This document shows, one piece after another, positions 42,436-55,490 of a stretch of DNA of 64,000 bases. Position 1 is the first letter of the stretch, and every line of letters starts with the position of its first letter. Made by a program: the position numbers and the translations under genes. The notes beneath the pieces are model-generated. The model was not told where the DNA came from. It was given only the letters and a program-made list of their open reading frames with translations, and ran no database searches. Where the stretch lies: assembly GCF_009914755.1 (NCBI RefSeq), contig NC_060939.1. One strand, given 5' to 3'. The DNA is from the human T2T-CHM13v2.0 reference genome, Homo sapiens.

Positions 42436-42870
42436 CTTTTTTATAGAGATGGGGGTCTCACTATGACACCTGGACTGGTCCTGAACTCCTGGGCTCAAGT
42501 GATCCTACCACCTTGGCCTCCCAAAGTGCTGGGATGACAGTGTGAGCCACCACACCCAGCTCAGAACAGAATTTTTAAGCTGTGTACACGTGTGGTCAAT
42601 AATAAATGTTTTCTGCTTAGGTAATAATGATGACCACCTGGAACACAGGACACCAGGCATTTCCCTGAGTGCTTTGTACGTGCCATGCCTCATTTAATCC
42701 TTACAACAACCTCGCAATAACCCCGAGACAGCCCTAAGACAAACATATGATTAGCCTTGAAGAATAGAGATGATGAAAGTTAGAAAATCTGGCATGGGTC
42801 ACTCCAAAAGACCCTTGTTTCTTTGCCTAGGCCAATGCTCTGCTCTGAGTTGCACCACCTTCCATGTCAT
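42436..42870 (-). mobile_element. FLAM (42436-42560) and MIR (about 42610-42870)
   Basis: Alu left monomer, followed by the ctcatttaatccttacaacaacc MIR motif. Confidence 0.7.
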
Positions 42871-43201
42871 GACTATATTTTGAAATGCCCTCTAAATGTC
42901 AGGAGAATATACAGTACAGAAAATGTGCTCATGGGCTCTGAATCCCAAGGGACCCTCTTATACCAACCACATAGCAGCTTCTGTAATTTCCAGGTAGGAT
43001 GGAGATTTCCTTCTCATTGGAGTGCTAGATAAGGCAATGCTGTAACCAAAGTCTGTCTTGGACCTTGATGCCCCATTTATCAGAAGGTCAGGAAAGATTA
43101 CCTCATAATCAAAAATTGTAGTTGTACATTCACAGCACATGGTTGCCCAAGGAGCTATTGCTGGTCCCAAGATTGAAGTGTCTTCCTCCAGCTTCTAGGA
43201 T

Positions 43202-44083
43202 TGTAACCATAATAGGTCCACTGCCCGATGTGTGCGGCAAGTCGGTACACCGAGACACTGCGTTGCAAAAGAGAAGGAGATTTAACAAAGGGCTGCCAAA
43301 TGAGGAAATGGGAGGAAACCTCAAATCTGACTCCCCAGGTGTCAGGCCTCCGAGCCCAAGCTAAGCCATCATATCCCCTGTGACCTGCACGTACACATCC
43401 AGATGGCCTGAAGCAACTGAAGATCCACAAAAGAAGTGAAAATATCCTTAACTGATGACATTCCATCACTGTGATTTTTTCCTGCCCCACTCTAACTGAT
43501 ACAATATATTCTCCCCCGCCCTTAAGAAGGTACTTTGTATGCCTATCCCAAACCTGTAAGAACTAATGATAATCCCACCACCCTTTGCTGACTCTCTTTT
43601 CGGACTCAGCCCACCTGCACCCAGGTGAAATAAACAGCCTTCTTGCTCACACAAAGCCTGTTTGGTGGTCTCTTCACATGGATGCACATGACACCAAGGG
43701 GGTAGGGATCTTCAGGATTTTGTAGTGGGTGAAATGAGGAGATGGTTGATTGGTGGAAGAGTGCATGGTGAAGTCATGGGTCGGGGAGATGAAGAAGCTG
43801 TGTTCTCCTGCTGATTCTGTTCCCCTGTAGGGGTCTTCAAACTGGTTGGCCTCAGCTGTTTCACTGGAATTCAGAATCTGGAAAACATCTTAAGCAATTC
43901 TTAAACAAAAGTCTTATGATTCTAATGTCAGGATCCTACCTGTGGGAACAATGGGGTTGCAAATGGTCAATAACTAATGCTGTTTGACTTTCAGCAACAA
44001 GGAAGTGGGCCCAAGTGCAGCCAGATTCCTGCTTAATTATAACTGGCATGCTATTTCTGTCAACTGTTGTGGGGATGGTTTCA
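43202..44083 (-). mobile_element. Solo ERV1 LTR (LTR29/LOR1-like) split by LTR7
   Basis: TG...CA termini with 4-bp TSD GGAT. Confidence 0.78.
43340..43693 (+). mobile_element. Solo LTR7-family LTR (HERV-H, LTR7B-like)
   Basis: tgtcaggcctccgagcccaagctaagccatcatatcccctgtgacctgcacg...gtggtctcttcaca...tgaca. 5-bp TSD ccagg/ccaag. Confidence 0.93.
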
Positions 44084-45005
44084 GGATTACAGATGAAGAC
44101 CCTTTCTCTTGGAGATGGATGGAAAGTCAGCGACACATGGTCAGTTTGGAAGCATGGACTCAAGAAGCCATCAATCATTTCAGCTCTCTCTTTCCACTAG
44201 TCCTTAGAATCCATAGCTTGAAAACATCTGGGTCACTGGGCAGGTGAGCAGGGAGTGTGGAGTCACTGATACTCGGAATGCCTTAGCCAGATGCACAGAG
44301 AAGCCAGGAGTGGGTGGCCTGCAGGAAAATTCAGCTTCCAGAGTTTCTGTCACTGAAGTGCAGCATGGCCCACTCAGCCATCGAACTCCTACCTGTTTGT
44401 TTCATTTGCATTCGCTTTGTCTTCCCAACCAGACTGAAAGGTCAGCCACACACACCCAGCTCCTCCCACCCAACCCTCCTGGGGCCCACCCCAAAGCTGA
44501 GTGTGCTTCAGTTCAGTACATGCAGTTTGGTATAAGCATGGATATTTGCAGAATGGTATGCTCAAACGTCCTTGAAACATCCCAGTGAGAAAGGTGTGTG
44601 CTCCCTTCACTCATTAAAGTGATACGTAATGCTTGAGGACCTAGCTTAGACATGGTCCTGTTTGTGAAAGAAATAGACATTTTGTGATATAATTATCAAA
44701 ACACAACATTCGGGGCTAGAAGTGGCTTTCAAAATCATTTAAACGAATTTTGTAATTTCACAGATAAGTTCACAGTTAGCTCATGGTATTTGGATATATT
44801 ACAGATAACGTGCCATTTCTAACAGCTGGGATCTGGGGCAGCCAAACCTGACAACTTTTTGCAGTGACCACATAAACCAGTCTGCTGGCCAGTGGCCTAC
44901 CCATGTCCATGGAGCCCAGGGTTGCACGGAGTAAATTTCCTTGGGCTTTCAAGCATGCTTTTCCCCTTCATTAGGTCTATAAGTGGGAGTAGTTTAAAGG
45001 ACATA

Positions 45006-45722
<717 letters not shown>

Positions 45723-45734
45723 CTGCGGCCTGGA

Positions 45735-45915
45735 GTCTGTAATTTATTTCTTCACAGTTCTGGAGCCCGGAAGTCCAAGATCAAGATGTGGGCAGAATCG
45801 GTTCTTCTCAAGGCCGCTCTCCTTGGCTGGTAGAAGGCCACCTTCTCACCCGCTGAGCTTGGATTCCTGTGGGTCCTCCGATCCATCAGAGCTGTCGTTT
45901 GTGGAGAGTCCATGT
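45735..45915 (-). mobile_element. MLT1 fragment
   Basis: aatttatttcttcacagttctggag...gaagtccaagatcaag. Confidence 0.75.
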
Positions 45916-45949
45916 CTGGGGTTCTGAGCCCTCCACGTGGCACCTGGGC

Positions 45950-47080
45950 GTCCTTTAAGAACCCTCCAAGTGGGGTTTAATGTCAAGCCCGCCCGGCCAG
46001 CGGGGGGAGCCAAAGAGCAGGGAGGCTGAGGTGGGAACACTGGACGTGGAACCTGAGACTACCCCAAAGCCTGCGTTGTAGCCCGCTTAGGGGCTGCAGG
46101 CTGAGCGGGGCGCGGCAAGACTCCAAGTAGAAGCGGACCTTGAGAGGCAGCCAGGCCAGGCGGCAGCCGCGCCCGGAGGGTGCGGAATGAGGAGCGCAAG
46201 GTGGGCAGAGCGTGAAACCTTCACCGACTGCACCTCCGCCCTCGCTGCCCTACCGGAATCCCCAGGTGGGAATCCGCTCCCAGTCCGAGATCCTGGGCTC
46301 GGGGGTTCTGGCCGGCCCGAAGGACTGCTGCATCTGGTTTGGGTTGGGTGGTCTGAGGTGGGGCTTGGGTTTTTTGAACACTCCCCGCTCATTCTAAAAG
46401 GAAGTCAGGATTCAGTGAGGAAGGCTGTCCGGGAGTTCAAAGACTCGCGCACCTGCAGCCAGGTGAGAGCAGGAGGCCTGGGGCAGGCAGGGTGGCGGGG
46501 GCGCGTCCACTACGCGCTTCTGTGTGTCCGTGTGTGCCCTCCCCACAGAAATACGATCTATTTCGGGATCGCTTGATGCCCGATAACATTCCCTAGATTT
46601 GCTGTTACCCAGGGTTTTTTTATTTTTATTTTTATTTTTCCCATATCCAAACACCAACTTGAATGCCCTGGATTTTGCAAATACATTTTCCATGAGAAAA
46701 AGGAGAGTGATGTCCCTCAGAGACTTCATTGGTGCGTGGCTTGAGGCCCTGCTCGGTGGCTCCCCCGTGCTCCCCGCGGATCTGGGATCTCCGGCTTTCA
46801 CTGGAGGCCGACCCCCAGCTCCAGTTGTCCCCCATTTCCCCCACCCTCCATCCTTCCTGCCAGCTTCGTATCTGCACCATAAATCACTGCGTTATGCAAA
46901 TTGAAAAATCTGCCTGTAGTTCTTGCGAGGAGAGATCACCCACAAAAGTGGATTTCCATGGAAACGAAACGCGAAATGCAACAGAAAGGAGACGAAGGAC
47001 AAATTAGACCTGCTGCCTAGTTTTCAGCTGCGAGTCACTGCTTCCTGTTAGCGCCCTTCCTCCATTTCTTTTAGCGTCTG
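45950..47080. promoter_or_regulatory. CpG island; probable promoter/first exon or strong enhancer
   Basis: Sharp rise in GC and CpG in unique sequence, GC boxes, splice donor CAG|GTGAGA at 46462/46463 (+), CTCF-like ccagcggggggagc near 45996. Confidence 0.75.
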
Positions 47081-47376
47081 CACTTTTAGACCAGAGCAGT
47101 GTTGTTGTTTGTTTCTTGTGGGCTTCCATTTATTCAGTTTGGGAAAGGATGATTTATTTAGAGTGCTTACCTTTGTGAAAAGCTATTATATGGAGAATGG
47201 TGGCCATTTTCTCTCTCTCACTAAAGAAGGGAGAAAAGGAACCTTCATTCTAGTCGAAGAAATGAAGATATGCTTTCAGGAAGAACTTCCCAGTGGAGAT
47301 GGCTATGAAATACTATGTAGGGATTGCAGGGATGACTGAGAACGCTGCTTCTTGGAAACCTTTTGATTGTGGGATA

Positions 47377-47786
47377 GTACGTTAGTTTGATCAAGCTGCT
47401 ATAACAAACAGCACCCACAGCCAGGGGCTTCAAACAACAAAAATTTCTTTATTCAGTGTTCTGGAGACCAGAAGTCCAAGATCAAGGTGTTGGGAGAATT
47501 GGTTCTTTCCCAGCCCTCTCTCCTGGCCTGTAGAAGGCTACCTTCTCACTGTGTCCTCACCTGGTCTTTCTTCTGTGTCTGCGCATTCCTGGTGTCTCTC
47601 TGTCTCCAAATTTCCTCTTCTTGTAAGGACACACCAGGTAGATTGAATGAGGGTCCACCTTAATGGCCACATTTTACCTCATTGCCTCATTAAAGACACT
47701 ATTTCTAAATATAGTCACATTATGAGGTGCTGAAGGTAAGGACTTCAACACAGGGATTTTGGGGAGATACCGTTCAGTCCATAACA
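47377..47786 (-). mobile_element. MLT1B-like MaLR LTR
   Basis: gctgctataacaaa...ctcttcttgtaaggacac...ttcagtccataaca. Confidence 0.85.
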
Positions 47787-48326
47787 CATCGCTTCCATTT
47801 GGAGAACATGATTTAGACTCCAGCACATGAAAGCAGGAAGAACTCTTCCCTGGAAAACTGATTCCACAAACGGGATACTGAGGCCCAAGGCGAGTTACGC
47901 AGTGTGGCCCACTTGATCAGGAGGGCTGAGGGGACCTCTGTGGATACCCTCTCCCAGCCCTCCAGTCCTATAAGTCTGTGCTCCAGAATGTGTGGAACTC
48001 TCCAGAAAAAACATGCTCCCATCAATGCGAGATAAGAGTGCTGCTGTGGCCAGTGGCACAGGATGTGCTTCTGTCCTGCTGACTGTAATCTGGGGAAGGT
48101 GATTCCTGGGGCTTCCAGTCTCTCCACCCTTCAAGTGATGAAGGAGAGGACCTGGGCATCCTGCAGCTTGGGACCAGCTGCAGGAGTCTGTGCTCTCTGC
48201 ATCATTGGAAATTAGGATGAAGACCCTCAATGCTAATGTGCAAAGGAATCACTGAGAGACTTATGGAAGACGCAGACCCATTCAAGGGCTCTTGATGCAG
48301 CCTGGATGGGGTGTGGCTTAGGATGA

Positions 48327-48644
<318 letters not shown>

Positions 48645-48704
48645 TAACATACACCCAATGTTGAATCAGAATCAGATCAACACTGGAACAATGATTCACA
48701 CTTT

Positions 48705-48843
48705 TGCTACCCAGAGTGAGGGCCACAGACAAGGAGAGGCAGCACCACCAGGCAGCTGTGAGAAATTCAGAATCTTAGCTCTGCCCCAGATGAACTGAAT
48801 GAGAATCCGAGTTCTCATTCAAGTTTGAAAAGCTCTGCTTTAC
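48705..48843. mobile_element. MER5A fragment
   Basis: gagaaattcagaatc...ccccagat...caagtttgaaaagctctgcttta. Confidence 0.55.
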
Positions 48844-48986
48844 CAGAATTGTGTCTGTGTGGACTTATGCGCTCTCTTTAGTTCGTTGGTGGTAGTGATG
48901 GAATTGTTCAAATCACTACTTAACAGGAGTTTCTAAGATGCCCAAATGCTTCAGAAATCAACAGTAAACACCTTGAAAATGTTACT

Positions 48987-49435
48987 GTCAAGAACTGTGA
49001 AGAGTTTATGCTACTTTCAAGGTAATAAGTTAGCCCACCGCCATTTCCTAGATGCTGCCAGAAGATATGAGACTCCTGGGTCAGAGACGATAGACTATTG
49101 TAGCATAGAAGGCAGCATGAGCTTCAGGTTCATATCAGTTCCCTCTACCCTCCACAGCCCATGAGGATGACACAGAGGGTCCATGTGGACAGGGTAGACA
49201 GAGAGTTTGCATTACAGCTAAGAACCCCTGAGTTTAGGAAGCCCCAACCAATGCCACAGAAAAAGGCATTCTCTTTCTTATCCTGGTCAGGAAATAAATG
49301 TACCCTCTGCCCCAGAAGTAGACACTATCTCTATCTTCCAAAGCTATTTGCTATAAAAATATCCTTGAAATGACAGTCTGGAACGAAAGCTGATTCAAGA
49401 GGTGCAAAAGGACCATGGGGAATTGCCTTCCAAAA
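48987..49435 (-). mobile_element. Old ERVL LTR (LTR42/47/62-like)
   Basis: tgtcaagaactgtgaag...agaagatatgagactcctgggtcagagac. Confidence 0.65.
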
Positions 49436-51047
49436 TTTACTTTCTTGAATGTCCTTTTTGTTCATCTGAAATATCTTTCTCCATATCCTTGCTTGCAGAG
49501 AAACCCAGATACGTCAAAGTTTATAGTCAAGACATAGAGCAGCAATAAATAGGACTCAGTTTAAGCCTATCTCTAGCCTTAAGGAAACTTGCATGTAGGA
49601 ATTGCATATACCTGAAAATTGTAATTTCTATTTTGTACATAATGACCTATTGGGATCTGTTTTTACAGAAATGCAGTGAATGGGTCAGAAGGCTGTTCAG
49701 ATTCCTTCTGTTGACTTAATCATGTGATGAATTAGTTAAAAGAATATAAATTAAAATAGTAATAGATGATAACAGTAGTTTCAATTTTTAACATTTACAT
49801 CTAGTAATGCACTTTCACATTCATGATCTAATTTAATTCTCAAAACATGATTGCTTGTCTTTTTCATATGAAGACAGTCAAAGAAACTAAATGACGTGCT
49901 TGAAATCGTGGCTAATGCAGGTTAGCCAGGTCTCACAACCACAGCTGCGACTTCCTAGTAGGGAAAATTTTAGCTGACACACATAGTCAAGAGGAAAAAA
50001 AAAAATGGAAGTGACTTTTACAAATAAAAATCAATACTACTGATTCTACCAGGAAAGAGAATCACCAAAAAAGCACAAATGAATTAATTTTTCCCTTCTA
50101 CAGACATTTTTGTAGCAACTTAGCACTTTCCAGGGAATATTTTTTGCACATGCAGGATCATTAACAAGATTTAGCTTCTTCTCATGGCATTTACTCCCCT
50201 CGAATTAGGAATTTTGACTGAAACAGAATCTGTAAAGGGAGTGTTGTTTGTTTTATTGGAAACCTGACTCTGAATTCATTCAGTGAATGCTTCCAAAATA
50301 CTATACAAGAGCCTATTGTGGTATCACATTAGCTACCATGAGCTTGCTGTATGTGAGGCCCTTGTCTAATCAACTGCACTGTGTAATCCCAGGTTTATTA
50401 ACTCATATTTAGGAGCAGACTTGAAGGGAGACTTTAATATTCCATTCAGTATATTTTGGAGCATTTTAATGACAACTTTTCTTTTTTTTCTCTCTCTCTT
50501 TGTTTTTAATCTACACATTATTGCCTGGACACCAAAGCTGCATTTCTCCCATCTTTGTCTTAGCGCTTTGCAGGGTGCCTACGGTTTTCTACCTATTTAG
50601 ACATTCTCCTGATTTATTCATTCATCCTCTCTCATCCCTTTATAGGTATCGCACAGGTGCTTGAGAAGCTTGCCTGCCTTCTGGGGCTTCCGGCCATTGG
50701 AGCCCACACGGCCCCCTGATGCAGTTCCTGCTCTGTGACATGCCCGTCTCTGATGTTAAAAAACTTTTCTTGGGGGGGAAACAAATGATATTTTTTTTTT
50801 AGAACCTCTTAGTTGTAGATCACAAGATTAGGTTTTTAGCCAACGTCTTCTTGAACACATTTCCAACTGTGTTTTCAAACAATACAGCTGCTTGGAAAAT
50901 CTTCGGGCGAAAGAATCTAGTCTCAGTGTTGCTGACTTGAGATTTAAAACTACGTCAGACAGAGGCCAGCCCAGGTGAGGGTCCCTTTGTTATTCAGTGA
51001 AAGAGAGAAAACTAAAGAACAAAAAGACAGGCCTTTGGACCTGGCAT

Positions 51048-51200
51048 GACCGTGTCACTACTTTGATGGTGGCTGTCATTTTGGAGGGTACCTTAGGTAG
51101 TGACCACGTCACTATGTTGATGGTGGCTGTCATTTTGGAGGGTAACTTAGGTAGTGACTGTGTCACTACTTTGATGGTGGTTGTCATTTTGGAGGGTACC
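51048..51200. repeat. 54-bp minisatellite, about 2.8 copies
   Basis: Unit gaccgtgtcactactttgatggtggctgtcattttggagggtaccttaggtagt starts at 51048, 51102 and 51156. Confidence 0.95.
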
Positions 51201-51345
51201 ATTGCTCCATGCCACTGTCAAAAAGCTATGGCCCATATTGAGGAGGAGGGGAGGAATCTTTTGCTGATTCTACAACAAAGAAAGTCAGAGAGAGGGTGGC
51301 TCTGTGTGCCTGGTGCTACGGTCTCACTGGTTTCCTTCAAGCCTC

Positions 51346-52142
51346 CTGCTGGGAGTAAAAGGTGCAGGAAGTAGGGCCTTCGAGTGGATTTAGGGTGGGA
51401 TGATTTTGTGTTTGGGGGCATATAGAGGATAACTGAGGCATAACTGCTAAGCCCCCTTTTCAGTGGTTTGAGTTTATATGCAACATACTGGAATCCAGGC
51501 TGGAACTGCCTGAAATTGTACCAGCTTCCCTTAGCTGTATCTCCTCAACATCCCCCCTGCACACCGCTCTGCCGGCTGCCAGGGCTTTTGGAAAGAGGAG
51601 CCTTGAACTTCACATGCCATCTCCCTGTATTATTCATAGGAAGGACACACATTCTTTTCTGCTTTTCTGGGCCATGCAAAGGGAGGAAACAGGTGCAGAC
51701 CCCATGTCCTCGTGGACAGGCCCTCCCTATGTCACGCTCCATCAGGTGCACTGTGTCTCAAATTTTGATGTGCCCTCAAGCCTGTGGGGACCTTGTTCAA
51801 ATGCAATTTATGTTTCAGTAGGTATCAGTGGGACCTGAGATCCTGCATTCATTACAAGGTCCCAGGAGATGCTGGTACTGCTGGTACATGGATATTTTCA
51901 GTATCAGGGGCCTGGAGAACCATTACCTCTGCTGGGAGTAAAAGGTTCAGGAAGTAGGGCCTTAGAGTGGATTTAGGGTGGGATGATTTTGTGTTTGGGG
52001 ACATATAGAGGATAACTGAGGCAGAACTGCTAAGCCTCCTTTTCAGTGGTTTGAGTTCAGTATGTTATGCAACATACTGGAATCCAGGCTGGAACTGCCT
52101 GAAACTGTACAAGCTTCCCTTAGCTGTATCTCCTCAACATCC
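51346..52142. repeat. ~210-bp direct duplication (51346-51553 and 51929-52142) with a spacer containing a MER5-like fragment
   Basis: ctgctgggagtaaaagg...gtatctcctcaacatcc occurs twice. Confidence 0.95.
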
Positions 52143-53353
52143 ACCCTTAACATTTGTATTTTAAATTTAACTTCTAAAAGATATTTATAGCATTATAATT
52201 GACATACAATAAACTGCACATAAATAATATAATTTGATATGTTTGACATATGTATAATACTCAAGAAACCATCACCACAATCAAGATAGTCAACATATCT
52301 GTCACTCTCCAAAATTTCCTCGTACCCCTGTAGAGTCATTATAATTGCTTCTGACCCTTCCAGGCAGCCACTAGCTGCTCTGACACTATAGACTCATTTG
52401 CATTTCCTAGCGTTTTGTATAAATAGAGCCATAGAATATGTTCTTTTTTGCTTTGTCTTCTCTTGTTAAGCATAATTATTTTGAGATTTATTTATGTTGC
52501 AGCATGAATCCATAGTTCATTCCCTTTTCTGTATGGACATTTGGGTTGTTTGCAGCATGTGGTTATTACAGATGAAGCTGCTGTGAACACTGATGTGCAT
52601 GTGTTTGTATGCACATTGACTTTCAATCCTCTTAGGCAAATACTTGGGGGTAAAGTGACTGGATCGTATGGTAGATGAATTTTTAACTTTTTAAGAAACT
52701 GATAACTGCTTTCCAAAATGAGTGTGCCATTTTCATTTCCACCAGCAGCGTATGAGGGTTCAAGATCCTCTGAATCCCTGCTAACTTCTGTCATGATCAA
52801 TCTTAACTTTAGTCATTCTGATGTGTGCATTGTGGTACTTCCTTGTGGTTTTAATTTGTACTTTTCTAATAACTCATGATACTGAGTATCTTTTTATGTG
52901 GTTATTTGTGATCCATATATGTTCCTTGCTGAAATGCCTGCTCACATCTTTTGTCCATTAAAAAAATGGGTTGTTTACTGGGAGGTGGAGCTTGCAGTGA
53001 GCTGAGATTGCGCCACTGCCTCCAGCCTGGGCGACAGAGCAAGACTCCATCTCAAAAAAGAAAAAAAAAAAGGTTATTTTCCCATTACCTAGTTTTGAGA
53101 ATTCTTTATATATTCTAGATGTTTTAAGTAGATCTATGATTTGCAGATATTTTCTGTCAATCTGTAGCTTGTCTTCAGGCAAGCAGAATGATTAATTTTG
53201 ATGAAGTGTTTTTGGTGTCATAAATATGAAATCTTTGCCTGACTGACCTAAGAGCACAAAGACTTTCTCCTATTTATACTTGTAGAAGTTTATCACCTTA
53301 GGCTTTGTGTTTATGTCTAAGATACATTTTTAGTTACTTTTTGGCATAGGGTA

Positions 53354-53713
53354 TGTGTTTGTCTGTTCTCACATGGCTAATAAAGGCATACCTGAGACTG
53401 GGTAATTTAAAAGGAAAGAGTTTTAGTGGACTCACATTCCACATGGCTGGGGAGGCCTCACAATCATGGCAGAAGGCGAATGAGGAGCAAAGTCACATCT
53501 TACATGGCGGCAGGCAAGAGAGCTTGTGCAGGGGAACTGCCCTTTATAAAACCATCAGATCTTGTGAGACTTATTCACTATCCCAAGAACAGCATGGGGG
53601 AAACCGCCCCCAAGATTCAGTTACCTCCACCGGGTCCCTCCCATGACACATGGGAATTCTGGGAGCTACAATTCAAGATGAGATTTGGGTGGGGACACAG
53701 CCAAACCATATCA
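53354..53713 (-). mobile_element. Solo THE1 (THE1C-like) LTR
   Basis: ...gagatttgggtggggacacagccaaaccatatca. 5-bp TSD GGGTA. Confidence 0.93.
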
Positions 53714-54061
53714 GGGTATGTATATATAATCTGTTATTTATTCCAGTGCCTTTTGTAGAAAAGAACTGCCCTTTCTCCACCAAATTGCCCTTGCAGCTTT
53801 GTCAAAAATTAGTTGTCCATATATGTATGGGTCTATACCTGGACTCTTTATTCTCTTCCCTGGATTTAACTGTCTTAGTCCTCCAACTTGGTTCCTTCTC
53901 AAAGTACTTTTGGCAGTTTCCAGATTGTCTGCATTTCCATGTGAATGTTAGAATCGGCTTGTCAGTCTCTGTGAAAAATTGCCAGGATTTTGACTGGGAG
54001 TGCATTGGATCTACAGATCAACTTGGGAAGAATAAGCATCTTAAAAATATCAACTCTTCTA

Positions 54062-54355
54062 GGCCGGGCGCAGTGGCTCATGCCTGTAATCCCAGCACTT
54101 TGGGAGGCCTAGGCAGGCAGATCATCTGAAGTTGGGAGTTTGAGACCGGGCTGACAAACATGGAGAAACCCCATCTCTACTAAAAATACAAAATTAGCTG
54201 GGCATTGTGGTGCATGCCTGTAATCCCAGCTACTCAGAAGGCTGAGGCAGGAGAATTGCTTGAACCTTGGAGGCAGAGGTTATGGTAAGCTGAGATTGTG
54301 CCATTGCACTCCAAGCTGGGCAACAAGAGTGAAACTAAAAAAAAAAAAAAAAAAA
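54062..54355 (+). mobile_element. AluSp/Sq
   Basis: Full dimer. TSD aactcttcta. Confidence 0.92.
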
Positions 54356-55490
54356 CTCTTCTAATTGATGAACAAAAAACTTCCCTTCATTTATTGAGGT
54401 CTTTCATTTCTCTCAGCAAAGATTCAAAGAATCTTTAATCTCTTGAAGTTTGTAATTTTAATTTTTGTTTCTGTTTCATAAAAGAGAAATAAATTCACAT
54501 GCCATTATCCCTGGAGCCAAAAACCTTACCCTACCTTTTCAAAGTCATCACCATTGCTTACTTGGGGAAAATAATTTCAATCTTCCTTTCAGCTACAATT
54601 TGCCTACAAGTGAAGTGGGTTTTTTTTCTTGCTCCACAGAGATGTTGTAAGTTCAATTATTTATCATAATTATTTTAAAATCCAAGGTGTCATTGTATTA
54701 TTCTTGTTTTCATCTATATATTGTAGTTTTAGTATTTGCAAAATTACTTTTTAAATTTTCTTTTGCCATTAAGTTGGCAATAATGATAGTTGATTATACA
54801 AATACTTCACAATTAAAGAAGAAAAACATCATTATAAAGAAATCCATTCTCTGTGATCAACAGCCCATTAAAACCTGCTGTTTTAAGACATAATAACACT
54901 TTTAATTAACTTACAACAGACTTTTTATTATAAAAGATTAAACTATCAGATATACATTAAAGTATGCTAAGCAAATTAATTAAAACTAAGGAAATTGAGA
55001 AATGACATCCTGGCATTAATAACACCTTATATTATGAAATGGCTAGGTTGGAGAGAAGCAAAATTGTTTATTCCACTTCACAGTTAAGGTAATTGCATTT
55101 TGTAGAAAAGGAACAAGATTAGGCACCAGAAGACCTTGGTTTGGAAAGCAGCACTGCTTTCTGACAGCTGTTTGTGGGCCTGGGATCAGTCTCTAGAGGA
55201 TGCACGGCTGCCTGCACGTTTTCCTGGGATCGCGTCTGTTGGAGAGCACGGCCTCAGGGTCAACCACTTTCTGGATATTTGTTTCTTGTGTAGCTTTGAG
55301 TAAGTTACACACCTATATAAGCCTCAGTTTCTTCTTCTGTAAAATGTGGTTAAAAAAACATCTACTGAACACTGATATTGTAAAGATTACAGAGTTAGTA
55401 TACAAATAACATACTTAGTGTAACACTTAGACAGAAGTATCAATATTTTTACTACCACTGCTGCTACTTCAGTGCCTTCCTCATAGATCA

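Larger units (their letters stand above)
52150..54420 (-). mobile_element. Old L1 (L1MB/MC) 3' portion interrupted by a truncated AluY (52978-53070, +), THE1 and AluS
   Basis: tgacatacaataaactgcac...accaccacaatcaagatag 3' end, then ORF2-like sequence. Confidence 0.8.

Noticed and set aside
46187-46576. 129-aa unspliced ORF in the CpG island
   Set aside because: GC-rich DNA is stop-poor and ORFs occur in most frames here. No recognisable homology.
47817-47895. Short ATG-containing exon ending in AAG|GCGAGT
   Set aside because: Non-canonical donor lying in a MIR-like fragment, with a weak acceptor.
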